DNA of 57,718 bases, counting the filler, from Dimorphilus gyrociliatus (taxonomy: Eukaryota > Animalia > Annelida): NCBI GenBank assembly GCA_904063045.1. It is 3 parts of 3 records of this genome, joined end to end, with 100 filler letters (N's around TTAATTAATTAA, not from the genome) between each part and the next. Parts side by side here need not be neighbours in the genome. Positions count along the whole stretch, not along the records: positions 25,763 to 46,328 come from CAJFCJ010000080.1; positions 46,429 to 57,718 come from CAJFCJ010000091.1; 1 more part is not named here. The stretch is one strand, 5' to 3'. The first letter of the stretch is position 1. Every line of letters starts with the position of its first letter. The translations under genes and the position numbers were made by a program. Shown here piece by piece: positions 36,991 to 49,800 of the stretch. The notes under the pieces are model-generated. The model had not been told where the DNA came from and did not search any database. It saw only the letters and a program-made list of their open reading frames with translations.

Positions 36991-37622
36991 GTAGGAATAA
37001 TTCAGAAAAAAATTTATTCTGTTGGAAATTGCTTGAAAAGTCGATTTTGGTGTATTTTTTCTTTGACTGCTTCCCAAAATCGAATGGGACTCTTGAAATG
37101 TGAGAATTCTGTTTCTCTTTTTTGACAAAATCAAAAAAAAAACTTTTACTAACCCTAACCCTTACCCTAACCCAGAATACTATGCCAATATTGCTTTTCC
37201 ATAGAGGAATGGAATGTAACAATTTGGAGCATACACTATAAAGTGTGCGTTCTTTTAAGTAAATGCTCGCGAACAGTGTATGATAACTACCTAAATGTGT
37301 ACATTTGTTAAAAAAGTTAAGAAAAACACAAGTAATTGATTGTGGAGCCATCTATGAGCAGAAAAAAACATTAAAAAACATACACAGTTGCTATGGTAAA
37401 GATTTGTTAGGTTTCATCATATCATCACTTGTTTTCAAATTTTTTGGGTGGCATTCTATTCCATAATATTTCTTTATAGTATTGAGTGAATGAGTTTCTA
37501 GTTCAGAACACAAGCATGTGTTTTAAGTAGAGAAAAATTAAAAAAAAAAGTCTACTACTATCTTCTCTTCTTTATTTTACAAATCTTTCTGTTTGCTTTT
37601 TCAACAAATATTTCAAATTTTT

Positions 37623-40172
37623 CTACATTATATCTATATTTACAATTGTTGATTTTGAAAATTCCATTCTATCCATAAATTTATCAAAAAGCTCTCCAAT
37701 ATGAGAAAAGCTATAACCGTCAGCAAGAGCACTTTCTTCAATGTCCCTAAATTGATGTTTTGTAAGCGATAGTGAAACGTTTTGGGCTGAAAAACATTGT
37801 GAAAGAAATTCTTGCAACCCTTCCACATCAGAAAAATTATGAACGTCACAATTTCCCAAATTAATTAACAAGAGTTGGCTTGCAAATTTATTTAATTTTG
37901 AACATACATTTGCAAGTTCTGAATCGAATCCCTCATGGCCTGATATATCTATTTTTTGCAAGCTTTCGCATTCGTCGAATAAATCTAATAAAGGCTCAAA
38001 TTCCAAATAGGAAATGGCACAACGAGAAAAATCAATTGACAATAGCGAATGGGAAGAGCTTTTTAATCCATTACATATTATCTTGAATGCGTCATCTAAA
38101 CCTCCATCATAGGATAGTTTGATTTCTTGAAGAGATTTACACTCACTTAGTAAACTACCCACATATTTATAATCCTCTTGCTCCAGACTACAATCACATA
38201 GATGGATAGATCGAAGACTTTTAGATGATAATTTTAAAGCCATGCATACTCTGTGAAAGTCTCTTCCAAAAGAACTGTCTGTCAGACTGATACTTCGCAA
38301 AGTATGACATTCTCGAAAAAAATCACATAAGATCTCAATATGTTTGTCACCTGCTGCATTACATAAACAAACTGATGAAATATATTTCGTTGATGATTTT
38401 AAGAAATTACAAATTGTTTTCAAATTTTCAACAGAATGGTTCAAATTCAAATTTCCAATTATATTATAAAAGAGTTGGTCATTGATGAGAAGTTGACGAT
38501 TTAACGATTTGAACCTAACAGCCAGAAGAGTAATATCTATATTTTTTGGCACGTAGACTATTTTTATTGCCTTACATTCAAAAATCAAATTATTTAAACA
38601 GCTATTCTCACTGTCCACAGCTAGGATAGGAGCATTTGAAAAATCAATTTCAACAAGAGATCTGGCTGACAATGTTAGTCCATTGCAAATATTTTCAAAA
38701 TCGTTTTGTAACAGATCAGCTTCTCTTCCTTCATGTTTATATTTTTGTAACGATGTACATTTCATGAGTAATTCACTTAGATGGAAAGCATTGTTTCCAT
38801 CTATATCGCACGAACGCAAACTGAGCGATAAAAGAGTTTCAGACGATGATTCTAATCCGTTGCAGATTTTCTCAAACTCTTTATCAACTGACTGACCTAT
38901 ATCGGATAGTTGAATTTCTTGTAATTTTGTACATTCTGATAAAAAACTGCCTAGATGGCGATAAAGGCTTTTATCCAAATTTTTCAATGACACATCAATT
39001 GATAGAAGATTCCTTGATGGTGATTTTAATGCATTACACATTCTCTCAAAACCTTCTTGGTTCCAATGATTACCACTTAGCTTGATTTTACGAAGTAAAC
39101 TACAGTGTGAAAGTAAACTAGACAAAGGATTATCATTTTCTTCGTCCTTGAAACAAGATGATATATCAATTGATAAAAGACTTGATGAAGACGATTCTAG
39201 TGCATTAAAAACTCCAATAAAATCACTTCCAAAATGTTCGTTATTAGATAAATTGATGTTTTTCAGGCAATTACATTTTACTAGTAAATCCGTCAACAAA
39301 TCAAGGTGATGTTTCTCCTTCAAAGTGTTGCAAAGATTAAGATTTTTAAGAGAATGCGATGATTTTTTCAGTGAATTACACATTCTATTAAATTCTCTTC
39401 TGTTTATATCAATATTCTCCATACTATATTCTTGTAGACAAGTACATTCATTGAGTAAATCACTTAACAAAACAAATTGATATTCAGTGAAATGACAATT
39501 TGAGAGGTCAACACTTTGAAGTGTCTTAGCAGACGAATTTAGTCCATCAAATATGTGTAACCAACTATCAGCAATATCTTTATTACAACTGAAATCGATT
39601 GCTTGTAATGATTTACACCTTGTTAACAAATTGCCTAGTGTTAGACCTTCAACATCTGTTAAAAGGCAATTGGATAATGTTAATTTATGTAGAGATTCCG
39701 TGCACAATTCAAGTAATTTAAAACTACTACTAATCAGTTTAAGGCTTTTACTATCTTGTATATTGAGAGATCTTAGATTGCATATATCTACCTCAAAACA
39801 GCTACAATCAATAGAATCGCATCTTTTCAGTTCAAGATCTTGAAGAGAGTTACCAATCAGTAAATTACAAATTTTACAAAATCCTTCCAGTGCTAGAGAC
39901 TCCAATGAATGATTATTAATAAATGTTGGAAAATTTTCATTTATTATCTGATGTCTCCTCAATAAAATATGTGTTAATGATAAGACATCAGGAGAGAAAA
40001 ATTCCAAATCATCATCATCCAATTGTTTATATTCTTTATTAATGAAGTCAAAAATTTTATTTCCAACTTGTTGAGGTAGATATAATGATTGATTTTTGCA
40101 TATTCTACTTATTAATTTCAAATTGTTACAGATGTAATTCAGCAAAATATTCTCCAAACAATTGGTTGCCAT
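37623..40172 (-). CDS. Intronless RNI-like leucine-rich repeat protein (849 aa)
   Basis: Regular ~57-aa double repeats (LxxLLxxCxxLxxIxLSxN...ICNGLxSSxxxLxSIDxSxC); N-terminus resembles the ZYG-11/ZER1 leader. Confidence 0.9.
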   Translation of the reverse strand: MATNCLENILLNYICNNLKLISRICKNQSLYLPQQVGNKIFDFINKEYKQLDDDDLEFFSPDVLSLTHILLRRHQIINENFPTFINNHSLESLALEGFCKICNLLIGNSLQDLELKRCDSIDCSCFEVDICNLRSLNIQDSKSLKLISSSFKLLELCTESLHKLTLSNCLLTDVEGLTLGNLLTRCKSLQAIDFSCNKDIADSWLHIFDGLNSSAKTLQSVDLSNCHFTEYQFVLLSDLLNECTCLQEYSMENIDINRREFNRMCNSLKKSSHSLKNLNLCNTLKEKHHLDLLTDLLVKCNCLKNINLSNNEHFGSDFIGVFNALESSSSSLLSIDISSCFKDEENDNPLSSLLSHCSLLRKIKLSGNHWNQEGFERMCNALKSPSRNLLSIDVSLKNLDKSLYRHLGSFLSECTKLQEIQLSDIGQSVDKEFEKICNGLESSSETLLSLSLRSCDIDGNNAFHLSELLMKCTSLQKYKHEGREADLLQNDFENICNGLTLSARSLVEIDFSNAPILAVDSENSCLNNLIFECKAIKIVYVPKNIDITLLAVRFKSLNRQLLINDQLFYNIIGNLNLNHSVENLKTICNFLKSSTKYISSVCLCNAAGDKHIEILCDFFRECHTLRSISLTDSSFGRDFHRVCMALKLSSKSLRSIHLCDCSLEQEDYKYVGSLLSECKSLQEIKLSYDGGLDDAFKIICNGLKSSSHSLLSIDFSRCAISYLEFEPLLDLFDECESLQKIDISGHEGFDSELANVCSKLNKFASQLLLINLGNCDVHNFSDVEGLQEFLSQCFSAQNVSLSLTKHQFRDIEESALADGYSFSHIGELFDKFMDRMEFSKSTIVNIDIM

Positions 40173-40599
40173 GCTTTTTATTCGTGGACTTCGTATTTTC
40201 GCATTTGGAATAGATTTTGATAATTAGCATGGATTTGATTGAATGCTGAAGATTTCTTCCTGTTTGAATTTATTTTTTAGTAATAAAAGCTTTCTGTGTA
40301 GTTTGTAAGAGTAGTTTACCTTCTATCCCTCTCTCTCTCTCTCTCTTTCTCCTTCCCATCTTCCCTCTCTGCAATGGACTATTTTTATAGAGTTTTTCCT
40401 CTCAGCTTTAGGACTTTCAATCAAATTTTTGGGTAGGAAATAAACAAAGTTGCTTGTTTTATCAACTGTTAACCAGAAATTAATAAGAAATTAAGCATTT
40501 TTTAAAATTGCACTTATTTGACAATAAAGCCATTTTTATAAAAATCTGAGTAATATTCAATTGTGGACAGTGATCAATATTTCTAGACAGGCGATTGAT

Positions 40600-42268
40600 A
40601 AATCAATTCAAACACTTTCTGCACTCTTCCTAATATGCTCCTTCAATCTAACAAAGAGTTAGAAGTGTGAAGATGCCAAGTCAGGAGTGTAAGTGTCCAA
40701 TTTTGCCTCTGTATGAAGCTCATAGTTTCACTGCTTGTTTGTAATCACACATTGTCATGTTGGAGAATAACATCCATTCCTTGTTGAACTCGGTTTATTC
40801 TTCTCTTTTGGTTCCAGAGGATTGGAATGTACTTCCAACTTCTCCAGCTTCCTCATAAACAATTGAAGTATTAAAGAAGAACTTCATTTGAGGAGTATTC
40901 CATCCTACTAGCTCGAATGTAACGTCACAATTATCAATTATCAATTCACCAAAGCACTTACTCAAATAAAACTGTTAAAGGTTTGTCCTGGTGAGGTTGT
41001 ACAATGGTCATTGATTCATCACATTCAGTAAAACTTGTAGCAAACAAGCAATGAATTCCAACTGACAAAAATAGACATTTGTCAGCATAATGCTGTTCTT
41101 ATTTACCACAAATTATTAATAATAATTGTTTGTGAAATGTTGTATGTTTTAGTGTCAAGGTTAGGGTTAGAGTAGAAACTAATTCCAATTCATCATCTAA
41201 TATAGTATTGTGCTTTGAATACTGGTGAAAGTCACAACAATCTACAAACTCCAAATATAAATAGGATAGTGTACTGCTTCTGCTTGCTGACTTCTCTCTT
41301 AATATCAGTTTTGGGAGTGTGTGGAGATTTCATCCCAAATGTTTCTTGCTCAATTTCTAAGCTTATATATTGAAATTCTATGTTTAACTTGATACAAAAT
41401 GATTGTTCAACTCCCAAATATCCTCTTTGATTTCAATTTTGATGGCCTCCCACACTTGCCTGAGCTTTCCACTTCAAAGTCATTATTAGTTCTGACAGTT
41501 TGATTGAAAACAGACCAAGTTTGAGGGGGCCAAAAGTTACTTTTAATCTAATTTTCCAAGCTAATCCAGTTCATTCTCTATGTTATTGAATTGATTTGCA
41601 ATTAAATTACTTGGAAGTTATCCATATCTATTTTTAAACTCTGAGCTATAGCCGACATCATACAAATCTATAAAATATAATTAAACTGCATTTTCACATT
41701 ATGATAGACCTTTGACAAGAACAACTGCAACAAATTATAGTAAACTGCAATGGTACAAAGAAAATCTCTGTAACCAACTTTTCAAATATAAAAAAAAAGT
41801 AGTTTTTCCTTTCTCTCAGTTTGCAACTGGAAAAACTTCTAGAAGCTTCTTGACTAATCCAAAAAACTGTGTCACCTATTTCCAGAATGCATTTGCTATG
41901 TGATAAAAAAGCTCCATTTTTCAAGTTTGGTCAACATTTGACAGTGCAGTAAGAGGATCAAAAGCACTCAGCAAAGTAGAGTTGTTGGAGGATGAATGAA
42001 TGCTGGAGGTTACGAGCTTTCCATATCAGGTAATGCTCACCTCCTCTGCTGGCTGTAGCTGCTGTCTTTGGGTGTACTGGACATGGCTTTTCAAAGATGT
42101 CTGATTTGTCATCCCTGATTTGTTTAGCCTGATCTCATATATATGATACCTCTTGATAAGATTTTAATGCTCATAAATCACTTCAAGTCTTTCAAAAATT
42201 TCCTTAGAAGATAATCCCACCAATGTCTTAAATTTGATAGCTACACATTTTTCTTGACCAATGTCCAT
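40600..42268 (-). mobile_element. Decayed mariner-family transposase relic
   Basis: Minus-strand remnants VAIKFKTLVGLSSKEIFERLEVIY (HTH), VILQHDN and YTPDLASSHF*LFVRLKEH (YSPDL-type motif), with stops and shifts. TIRs not identified. Confidence 0.6.
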
Positions 42269-43839
42269 ATTGAATGTAAATTATAGGATAATATGTTCAA
42301 AATAGTTGAAAGAATATTGTTCATAGTCCTTCCTTGCATAGAACTAACATCATTGATAAAGAAAGAGATCAAACTGTATAATAAGTTCTTACTGTTGCAT
42401 CCTACTCAACTGTGGAATCTCCCAAACTGCAGATGGAGGTTATTCAACTATCCATTGGAACTTAGATCTCAGTGTCTAGTTCAATTATAAAACTATAACC
42501 CTCCTGTAACCCTAACCCTAAACATCTTAGTATATGTTTTCAAACAACAACTATTGACAGATGAAAGTTCCAATATTGAATTTTTAATAATGAGGCTTTT
42601 TACAAAGTTGTTCATAGAGTGAAAGTTTTTTTAGCTCAATTATTCATTATATTTATTTATGGTTAATTGGGTGCAGAGAATCTAATTGTGTAGAATTTTT
42701 GCTTTAATAGCAAACCTAATTTGATGAGGCAATTAGTGATAAATATAGATTTAGCCTAGATACCACTAATAAACTCATCACCACATCTTTCAAATTAATA
42801 AACCATACCATTCACGAAACAGGAAAGTCTCTTGTCAGAAGCTGCTGAACAAAGCATCTCTCTGCAAGAGGTTGAGAGACTGTGTCGCCCACATGTAGAT
42901 ATAGTAGAAAAATGGCGTCAAATACACGTTTTAATGGGAACCCAACCTTGTTCTATTACTCTTATAAATCTCTGATGGTGAGTAATTAGAATATTATAGG
43001 TTTTAGGCCTATAGATTTCTTAATAATTGTTATTCCACAAATTTTAGGGAAATTCTTAGCCATAACGATCTATATTTAGAATGAATCATAGAGGTTAATA
43101 ACTTCAAAATATCAATAGCGTTTTGTCAATAGAAATACCTTTTTTATATTATCATCGTATTGTATAATAAAAAAAGTTAACACAGTCTGACAAAGACACA
43201 ACAACTTTTCTGTATAGGCCCAAGAAAAATGATTCATATTGATCTTTTAAAATAGTCAAATATTCTATACGATTTTGTTTTTCTTGATTTCTGATTCTCT
43301 AAATTCAAGCATTAAAAATTATCTTTAAGTACACATCATACTTTTTACGAAATCGTTCAATAAGTCAAGTAATTTTTAGAATGAATTCGATTTTACACAG
43401 GTCTTGATCACTCACTCCACCCACCTTCTGTCATGGTCATGTGACCATTTTCTATACTACTTATTCTAACGATTAGAGCCTCTGGGAAGCATTGTACGAG
43501 AGGTAGAAAAGTAGAAATAAAAAAAAAACACAACAACTTATTAGAGGTAAGAATTAAAATTAAGGAAAAAAGATACATAAATATAACATAGATAAAGCGA
43601 AAGCTTTCAGAAATAGATCACACTATAATTAGGTCAACTGGTACTCTACAGACAGTAAAATAATACCCGTTTTCTATTTCATAGTCCTACATATATATGT
43701 ATCAATATTTTGAGAACAACAGCATACATCTACACTATTTATATGTTAGATTACAAAAAATATTCAAATATACATTTTAATTAATATTTGACTTTCAATG
43801 ACTTTGACACAAGTTCAGATTAACTCGAGAAATAAAAGT

Positions 43840-45366
43840 ATGGCTGTTATCAAGACAAATATTCCTGGAATAGTCATCTATACAATTTTTATGCTGAGTA
43901 GTATCATTTCTACATCTGCAGGTATGCATATTTCTTTTTTTTTTTAAATATCTTATCTATTTCGGTATCTTTTCAAACATTATTTATGTTTTAGTTAAGT
44001 TCCAATCTCCTCCTACTTATGAAGCTTTTAAACTTGGAGAAAAGATAACTCTTACTTATAGTCTTAGTGGTATAGCATCCTAATATTAACAGTTACCATG
44101 TTTTCACCCAGTGGGTTTTTTTTCTAAATAGGTATAGCCAAACTCCAGTTGAAAAATCTGTACAACAATACTTCTGAACCAATGTATGAAACTCCAAATT
44201 TTGAACCAAAATTCCAGAATAGGTGGAAAGCGACACCTGCTGTAGAAAGTTCAAGTTATACCTTTACAGTAGATAATTCTGACAAAGTAAGTTGTGAATG
44301 ATTCACAGTATCCTTGGGTGTTTTGTTTTCATATTACATTCGATTAATTGAAATGTTGATACTTAAAAATAATAGAATGATGGTATGCAAATTGAAGCTT
44401 CTGTTCCTGATGGTAGCAATGTTGAGTCTGTTAAAACTGGAATAGTCCTCTACGGTAACAACTTTATCCTTTACTAGTTAACATATTCACACTTTTTGTC
44501 CAAAAATATAGATTCAATTCCAAGAATCACAAAATATCCCCAAAATGTTTCTCCTGTAGAAGGTGAAAAATTCCCATTTGAATGTGAATTCAACTATTGG
44601 GGATCAGGACACTCTGAATTTTTAGTGTTTCTGAAAGACAAAAAGATGAACTTTAGGGATGTTCAAATTATATTTGTTGATGGATTGGCTACTTTTAAAA
44701 GCAATTTCATTGCTTCTAAGGAAATGAATGATAATAATATCTTTTGTCAAATGATTTTACATAGAACCATAGGAAAATCTTCTTTAAAGTTCAAGAGTCA
44801 ACCTATAAAATTTCAAGTTCATTGTAAGCTTTAAAATAATTTAATTGACTGATTGCACAAATTTTGACAAAAGCCAAAAGTTGTATGATTTTTTTTTTAT
44901 AGATAAAGTAGAGAACATAAAAATCACTTCTGAAAAAGATAATTCAACTACAAATGGTAAAACTGAAATTTCATGTTCAGCAGAAGGAAATCCAGCTCCA
45001 AAATGTGAATGGAGAAAAGTAATTAATAGATTTTCTATCTTTTTTTTTAAGCTAATAATGTTGACATTTTCTAGAAATCATCTGATAAAATTCTATCAAC
45101 CAATCCCACAATGAAAATTGTAGAGTCTTCTGATGATGAGTACAAATGTACCGCCTGGAATGTGATTAAAGGGACAAAACATGAATTGACCAAAACTATA
45201 TCTTTTTCATCTAGTGAGTTATTTCAGAAAGATACAATTGCTTACTTTCTATACAATTTCTGTTATATTTCCTTTAGATGGGGCATCGAGAATGGCAAAA
45301 TTCAACATTAGTCTTATCTCTTTAATGTTTGTTTTACTATTAACAATTTTTAAAGTTGAGAATTGA
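43840..45366 (+). CDS. Immunoglobulin-superfamily protein (about 3 Ig domains) with signal peptide and C-terminal hydrophobic (GPI-like) tail; frame problem in the first domain
   Basis: Exon 1 MAVIKTNIPGIVIYTIFMLSSIISTSA; DDGMQIEASV; EGEKFPFECEF; EISCSAEGNPAPKCEW; DEYKCTAWN; tail NISLISLMFVLLLTIFKVEN*. No in-frame splice found at ~44070-44150. Confidence 0.75.
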
Positions 45367-45739
45367 AGATAAAGTCCCAGCCCTAACCCTAACCCTAAAC
45401 AAACTATGCACATCTATTGAACACAAAGCTAAAATGTATTTCTAGTGTTTCATAAAATGTTCACTTTTATCTTATCAACTGTCTTTTTAATGTCTTTTTT
45501 AATAATATTTATTAATGTATAAATGTTAAAAAATGTACTTGAACTAAATCAATAAACGCATCGAATTGGTGGAACATGTGTTGTCTAGTGCGTAGTTAGA
45601 GCTATAGCTATATTTTATTTAAATCTGATTGGTTGTGATATTGTGAGTTGAGAGTTCATTGACATCACCTTGATAAGATAAATAATCGAATGTGAGGAGG
45701 TGAATGAATATGAGAGACAGGAAATTGTTATTAGATAGA

Positions 45740-45798
45740 TAGATAGAGAGACAGAAAGAGAGAGAGAGACAGAGAGAGAGACAGAGAAAGAGAAAGAG
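45740..45798. repeat. (GA)n / (GATA)n microsatellite
   Basis: agatagatagagagacagaaagagagagagagacagagagag... Confidence 0.9.
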
Positions 45799-46328
45799 CA
45801 TGATTAGTCCCCATTTTGATATTTATGAATATTATTGTTTCTAACCCTCAGCAAATCATAAATGAACAATTTCAATATTAACCCTAACCTAAAATGTAAA
45901 ATGTGTTAATTTTCATGAAGAATTTGTGGATATATGATAAAGGATCCTTATCTATCTATTTCTGTATTTATGTTGCCTAACCCTTAACTCAAACTCCAAA
46001 CACAATAATAATAAGTTTGTAGAGACGATTGGAAACTTTTTAAAAAGATTGGAAGGTTAATTTATTTACCAATGGTAACCATGGTAACAATATTGATGGA
46101 CAAACAACAAAAATGAAACATTTGAAAAAAAGAATTTCCTTTATGAAATGTCATTTGTATTATGAAGTAAAAATTTTTTCAAAGTCAACTTACTTGAGAT
46201 CTATAGATTGAGTCTTTGGGCTGGCTGAGTGTAAGGCAGGGGGATTCCCCTTGAGGACTATTACACAATCCAAATTAGTTATATTCCTTATTTTGAAATT
46301 TTTCATTCAGATATTGAAATTTCCTGGT

Positions 46329-46428
46329 NNNNNNNNNNNNNNNNNNNNNNNNNNNNNNNNNNNNNNNNNNNNTTAATTAATTAANNNNNNNNNNNNNNNN
46401 NNNNNNNNNNNNNNNNNNNNNNNNNNNN
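46329..46428. other. Assembly gap: 44 N + TTAATTAATTAA + 44 N
   Basis: Same linker as at 25663. Confidence 0.97.
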
Positions 46429-49400
46429 TTTTTTTCTTTTTCCATACAAACCATATTTAGTAGAGTAGAGAAGATCTAAACCATAAGTATAGTATCCATG
46501 GCAATCATTTGAAAGCCATTCATTTGGAAAGATTGCTATATAAAAACAAAAAATGCTTATATTTTCAAAAGAAGTCATCCTACTAAATGTCCATTTTGTT
46601 TTTTACTTGGGCAATTTTTTCCAAAATTCTCATCACTTCCATCAGGACAATCTATCAAATAGTTGCATTTCCTATCGAAATTGATAGATGTATAATCTTC
46701 ACAAAAAAATATTTTAAATCCTGGATCAATTACTAGAGAAAAAATATTTTTCCAAATAAGCATGCAAAATACACAAATTATATAAAATATATATATTGAC
46801 AAACTGTTAAAGCAAAATTTCTCATCAGAATGATCAGCACAGTCAAAAATACCATCACAGAAATGGCTACTTTTAATGCATTTTTTATTAGTACATGCTC
46901 TGTTTGTTTAAAAGAGAAAAAGTTGAATTTTGAGTAAATAGTTCAAATTATTTAAACAAACTTATAGCTTTGTTCACATTCTTTGTGATCTATTGATGAT
47001 TGATTGATTGATTGATTGAAAAACAAAATATTGATTTAATAGATTATTAGAGTAATCTAATAAAAAAAAAAAAGTATTCTTATCCTATTTACAACAAAAT
47101 CTTTCATCAGATTTATCCGCACAATCGTTACGATAATCGCACAATGAGACAATTGAAATTGTCTTTTCCCCATTATAGCATTGGAATTTTATTGATAAAG
47201 AATCATTTGGACAGTCTTTTTCATCTGAATTATCGCTACAATGCCTATTGCCATCACATTTATACAAAAGACTGATAAAATTCTTATCACTTTTGCATTG
47301 AAACAGTTTCATCTCATCAACTTGATTTGTTCTACTATATTCAACTTTATGGTCCTTTATCAGTTGATCAAATTTCAAGTAATCTGTATATATTTATATA
47401 TGATCTCTTATATTGGCACTTATATATTTTCAGGGTTTTTTTTTATACTTATGTCTTCTTCACAAATTATATATTTGAAAAGTTTTTCCTCACAGTTGAT
47501 TGAGTACAATCCATAAAAGTTGAAATTTTTATATTTTTTCAATTTTGTACACGGTCTATTGTGCCACAAATATTTTGGCTCATTGGCTGAAAGATGACAA
47601 CTATTTTTTGTCTGTTAGTTTCTATTTGGTTGCTATAGGAACTAGTTATGAACATACCCGTTGTCTAGAGTTGTATTTAGAGCCCACATAGCAGAAATTG
47701 TATAAGATATACTATCGCTTGTCATCCATTTTTGAAACTTTCTGCTACTGGGTAAGGATCCTATATTGAACAAGAAGCAAAAATATACTACTCTACTCCA
47801 TATATTTGGAGTTAGATGACTAATAAAAGTCCATTTTGGATAAACTACAAATATAAGACAATGTGGGCAGATAAATATATATATTAACCAGTTGGAATCT
47901 GCCAAGCAAGTCTGGATCTGATGATATTTTCAGTAAAGTTTTCTTTTGAATTTTCAACAATTGTTGATAAGAGTGAACTTTCTAGAAATCTAGCCTCATC
48001 TTGACTTGATATTCCAACTAATCTTTTACCTTTTAATTGGCAAAATCTCTGAGCATTTTCAAAAGTGATTGTTTTTGATAACTGGTATAAATAGTAACAA
48101 CTGTTCAAATAGATAAAAATTGATACTGTACTATTGGGAAAAATTGGACATTTTGTTTGTTTATATTTTTGACATATAACTGATAAATAGGGTAATTGGC
48201 CAAGACCAATTTCCATAAAATTTGTAATTAAACAATCATTAAAATTTTTAGCATTATGGGAACAGTTTAAAGAAAATATTGGAAAATTGTTCTTATCTGG
48301 AATATTCAGTTTGTCAACAGTACCACTTTGAAATTTAAAGTGCTGGCAAATTAAGTTTATTTCAATATTTGATATGCCAAAACTGGAGATATAATTCCAA
48401 AAATTTTTGTAAAATACTTGTAAACTACCATTTTTCAAGCGAAATTCAAGATCTGTAACGAAAACAATAATGACAATGATGACAATGATGTATTTTGTTT
48501 GGAAAAGACCTGATACTTTCTTTGGAATATCTAACACTCGATCATAGCACTTTAGTTTTACTGCTGGATAATCGTAATATTTAAATTTGTCGACATATTT
48601 ATGGCAATCATTCAAAGATTGTCTGGGTTGATAACACGTTATAATTTCAACATCATTCTCACTAAATGGTAAGTGCCAAAAGAGATAAGTATCATAAGTT
48701 TTCTCTTCAACTGGATGAATGTAGAATGTTTTGTTATATTGTCTGCAAATTGTTGATAAAGTGCTAAATAGCTCATAATCATTTTTGTAGTAAATGAGAA
48801 GAGGAGTGTAAGATCTATATTTATTGGACCAATAGATAGGACTCAACAGGTAATATTCATTTGGCTGATCTTTCAAATTTTCAACATTTTCCCCCCATTT
48901 TATAATCCATTTTATTTCGTGTTTATTCCCATTTCTTAATGATTTTTTACAGAAAATATGAGAGCATGGAGGTAAATCTAATCTACTGCCAAAATCTTTT
49001 TCAAATGATGCTATATGAAACAAGTATTTAGTTTGAAATTGTAGAATATTTTCACATTTTTGAAAAGGTTCTTGAAGAAAGCATTTCCCAATTGATGTAT
49101 TGTTAATTCTTTGATAAACAATCAGTTCCATAAAATACAGGGAAACTTTGTCAGGGTTAATTGGAGAGTAGTAATCTTTTTTAAGTTTAAAATATATGAG
49201 GGACAGGAAGTGGGGTTTTTACTACTTACACGTTTGATTCACAAAGAAACATTTTAAGCATACTGAAATTGCTCCTGCTGCTGCAGATCTCTCATGTTTT
49301 ACATAATAATAAGAAGTATTCAATTGAATATTATATTCAGTGACATATCTTTCATAATTATCTAGTTTTGACAAAAACCAAGTAAAACTTAAAGCATTAT

Positions 49401-49800
49401 TTGTTGTTCTAACTTGTATTTTCACAATAATGAACTTCAATTTTTAGTTTATCATAACCTAAATTATCACAGATTTTTGAAAAAAAAGCTCTTGATTGAT
49501 TGCCAATTCTATTTGTTATCACAACTTTTCTATTAAATTTCATATAAACTAACAATCCATAACAATATGAAGATGTACAAATTGCGTTTTCAAGGTGAAT
49601 ATCATTGTTAATATAATTTAAATTCTATAAATAAATTTTCGCATATTTTCCCTCATTCAAACAAAAAAAAATATATATATATATATATCTACCGTTTGTT
49701 CATTGTCACTTTTATACCAAAAAGCTGATGATGAGAGGAAGAAGAAGAAGAAGAAGAGGTAAGCAATATGGAAGGAGAGGGAGATATTTATTAATTTCAT
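46429..49800 (-). CDS. Receptor paralog D (signal, SRCR-like domains, C-type lectin, LDLa repeats); 3' part lost at the gap
   Basis: Leader MKLINISLSFHIAYLFFFF; CTSSYCYG...KICDNLGYD; SRCR NLICQHFKF...LNCSHNAKNFNDC; CTLD CYYLYQ...NAQRFCQLKGKRLVGISSQDEARFL; LDLa CDGNRHCSDNSDEKDC and CNYLIDCPDGSDE. Confidence 0.8.

Noticed and set aside
37640-39843. Short overlapping and antisense ORFs within the LRR gene (similar cases in the other genes)
   Set aside because: Shadow frames of real coding sequence.
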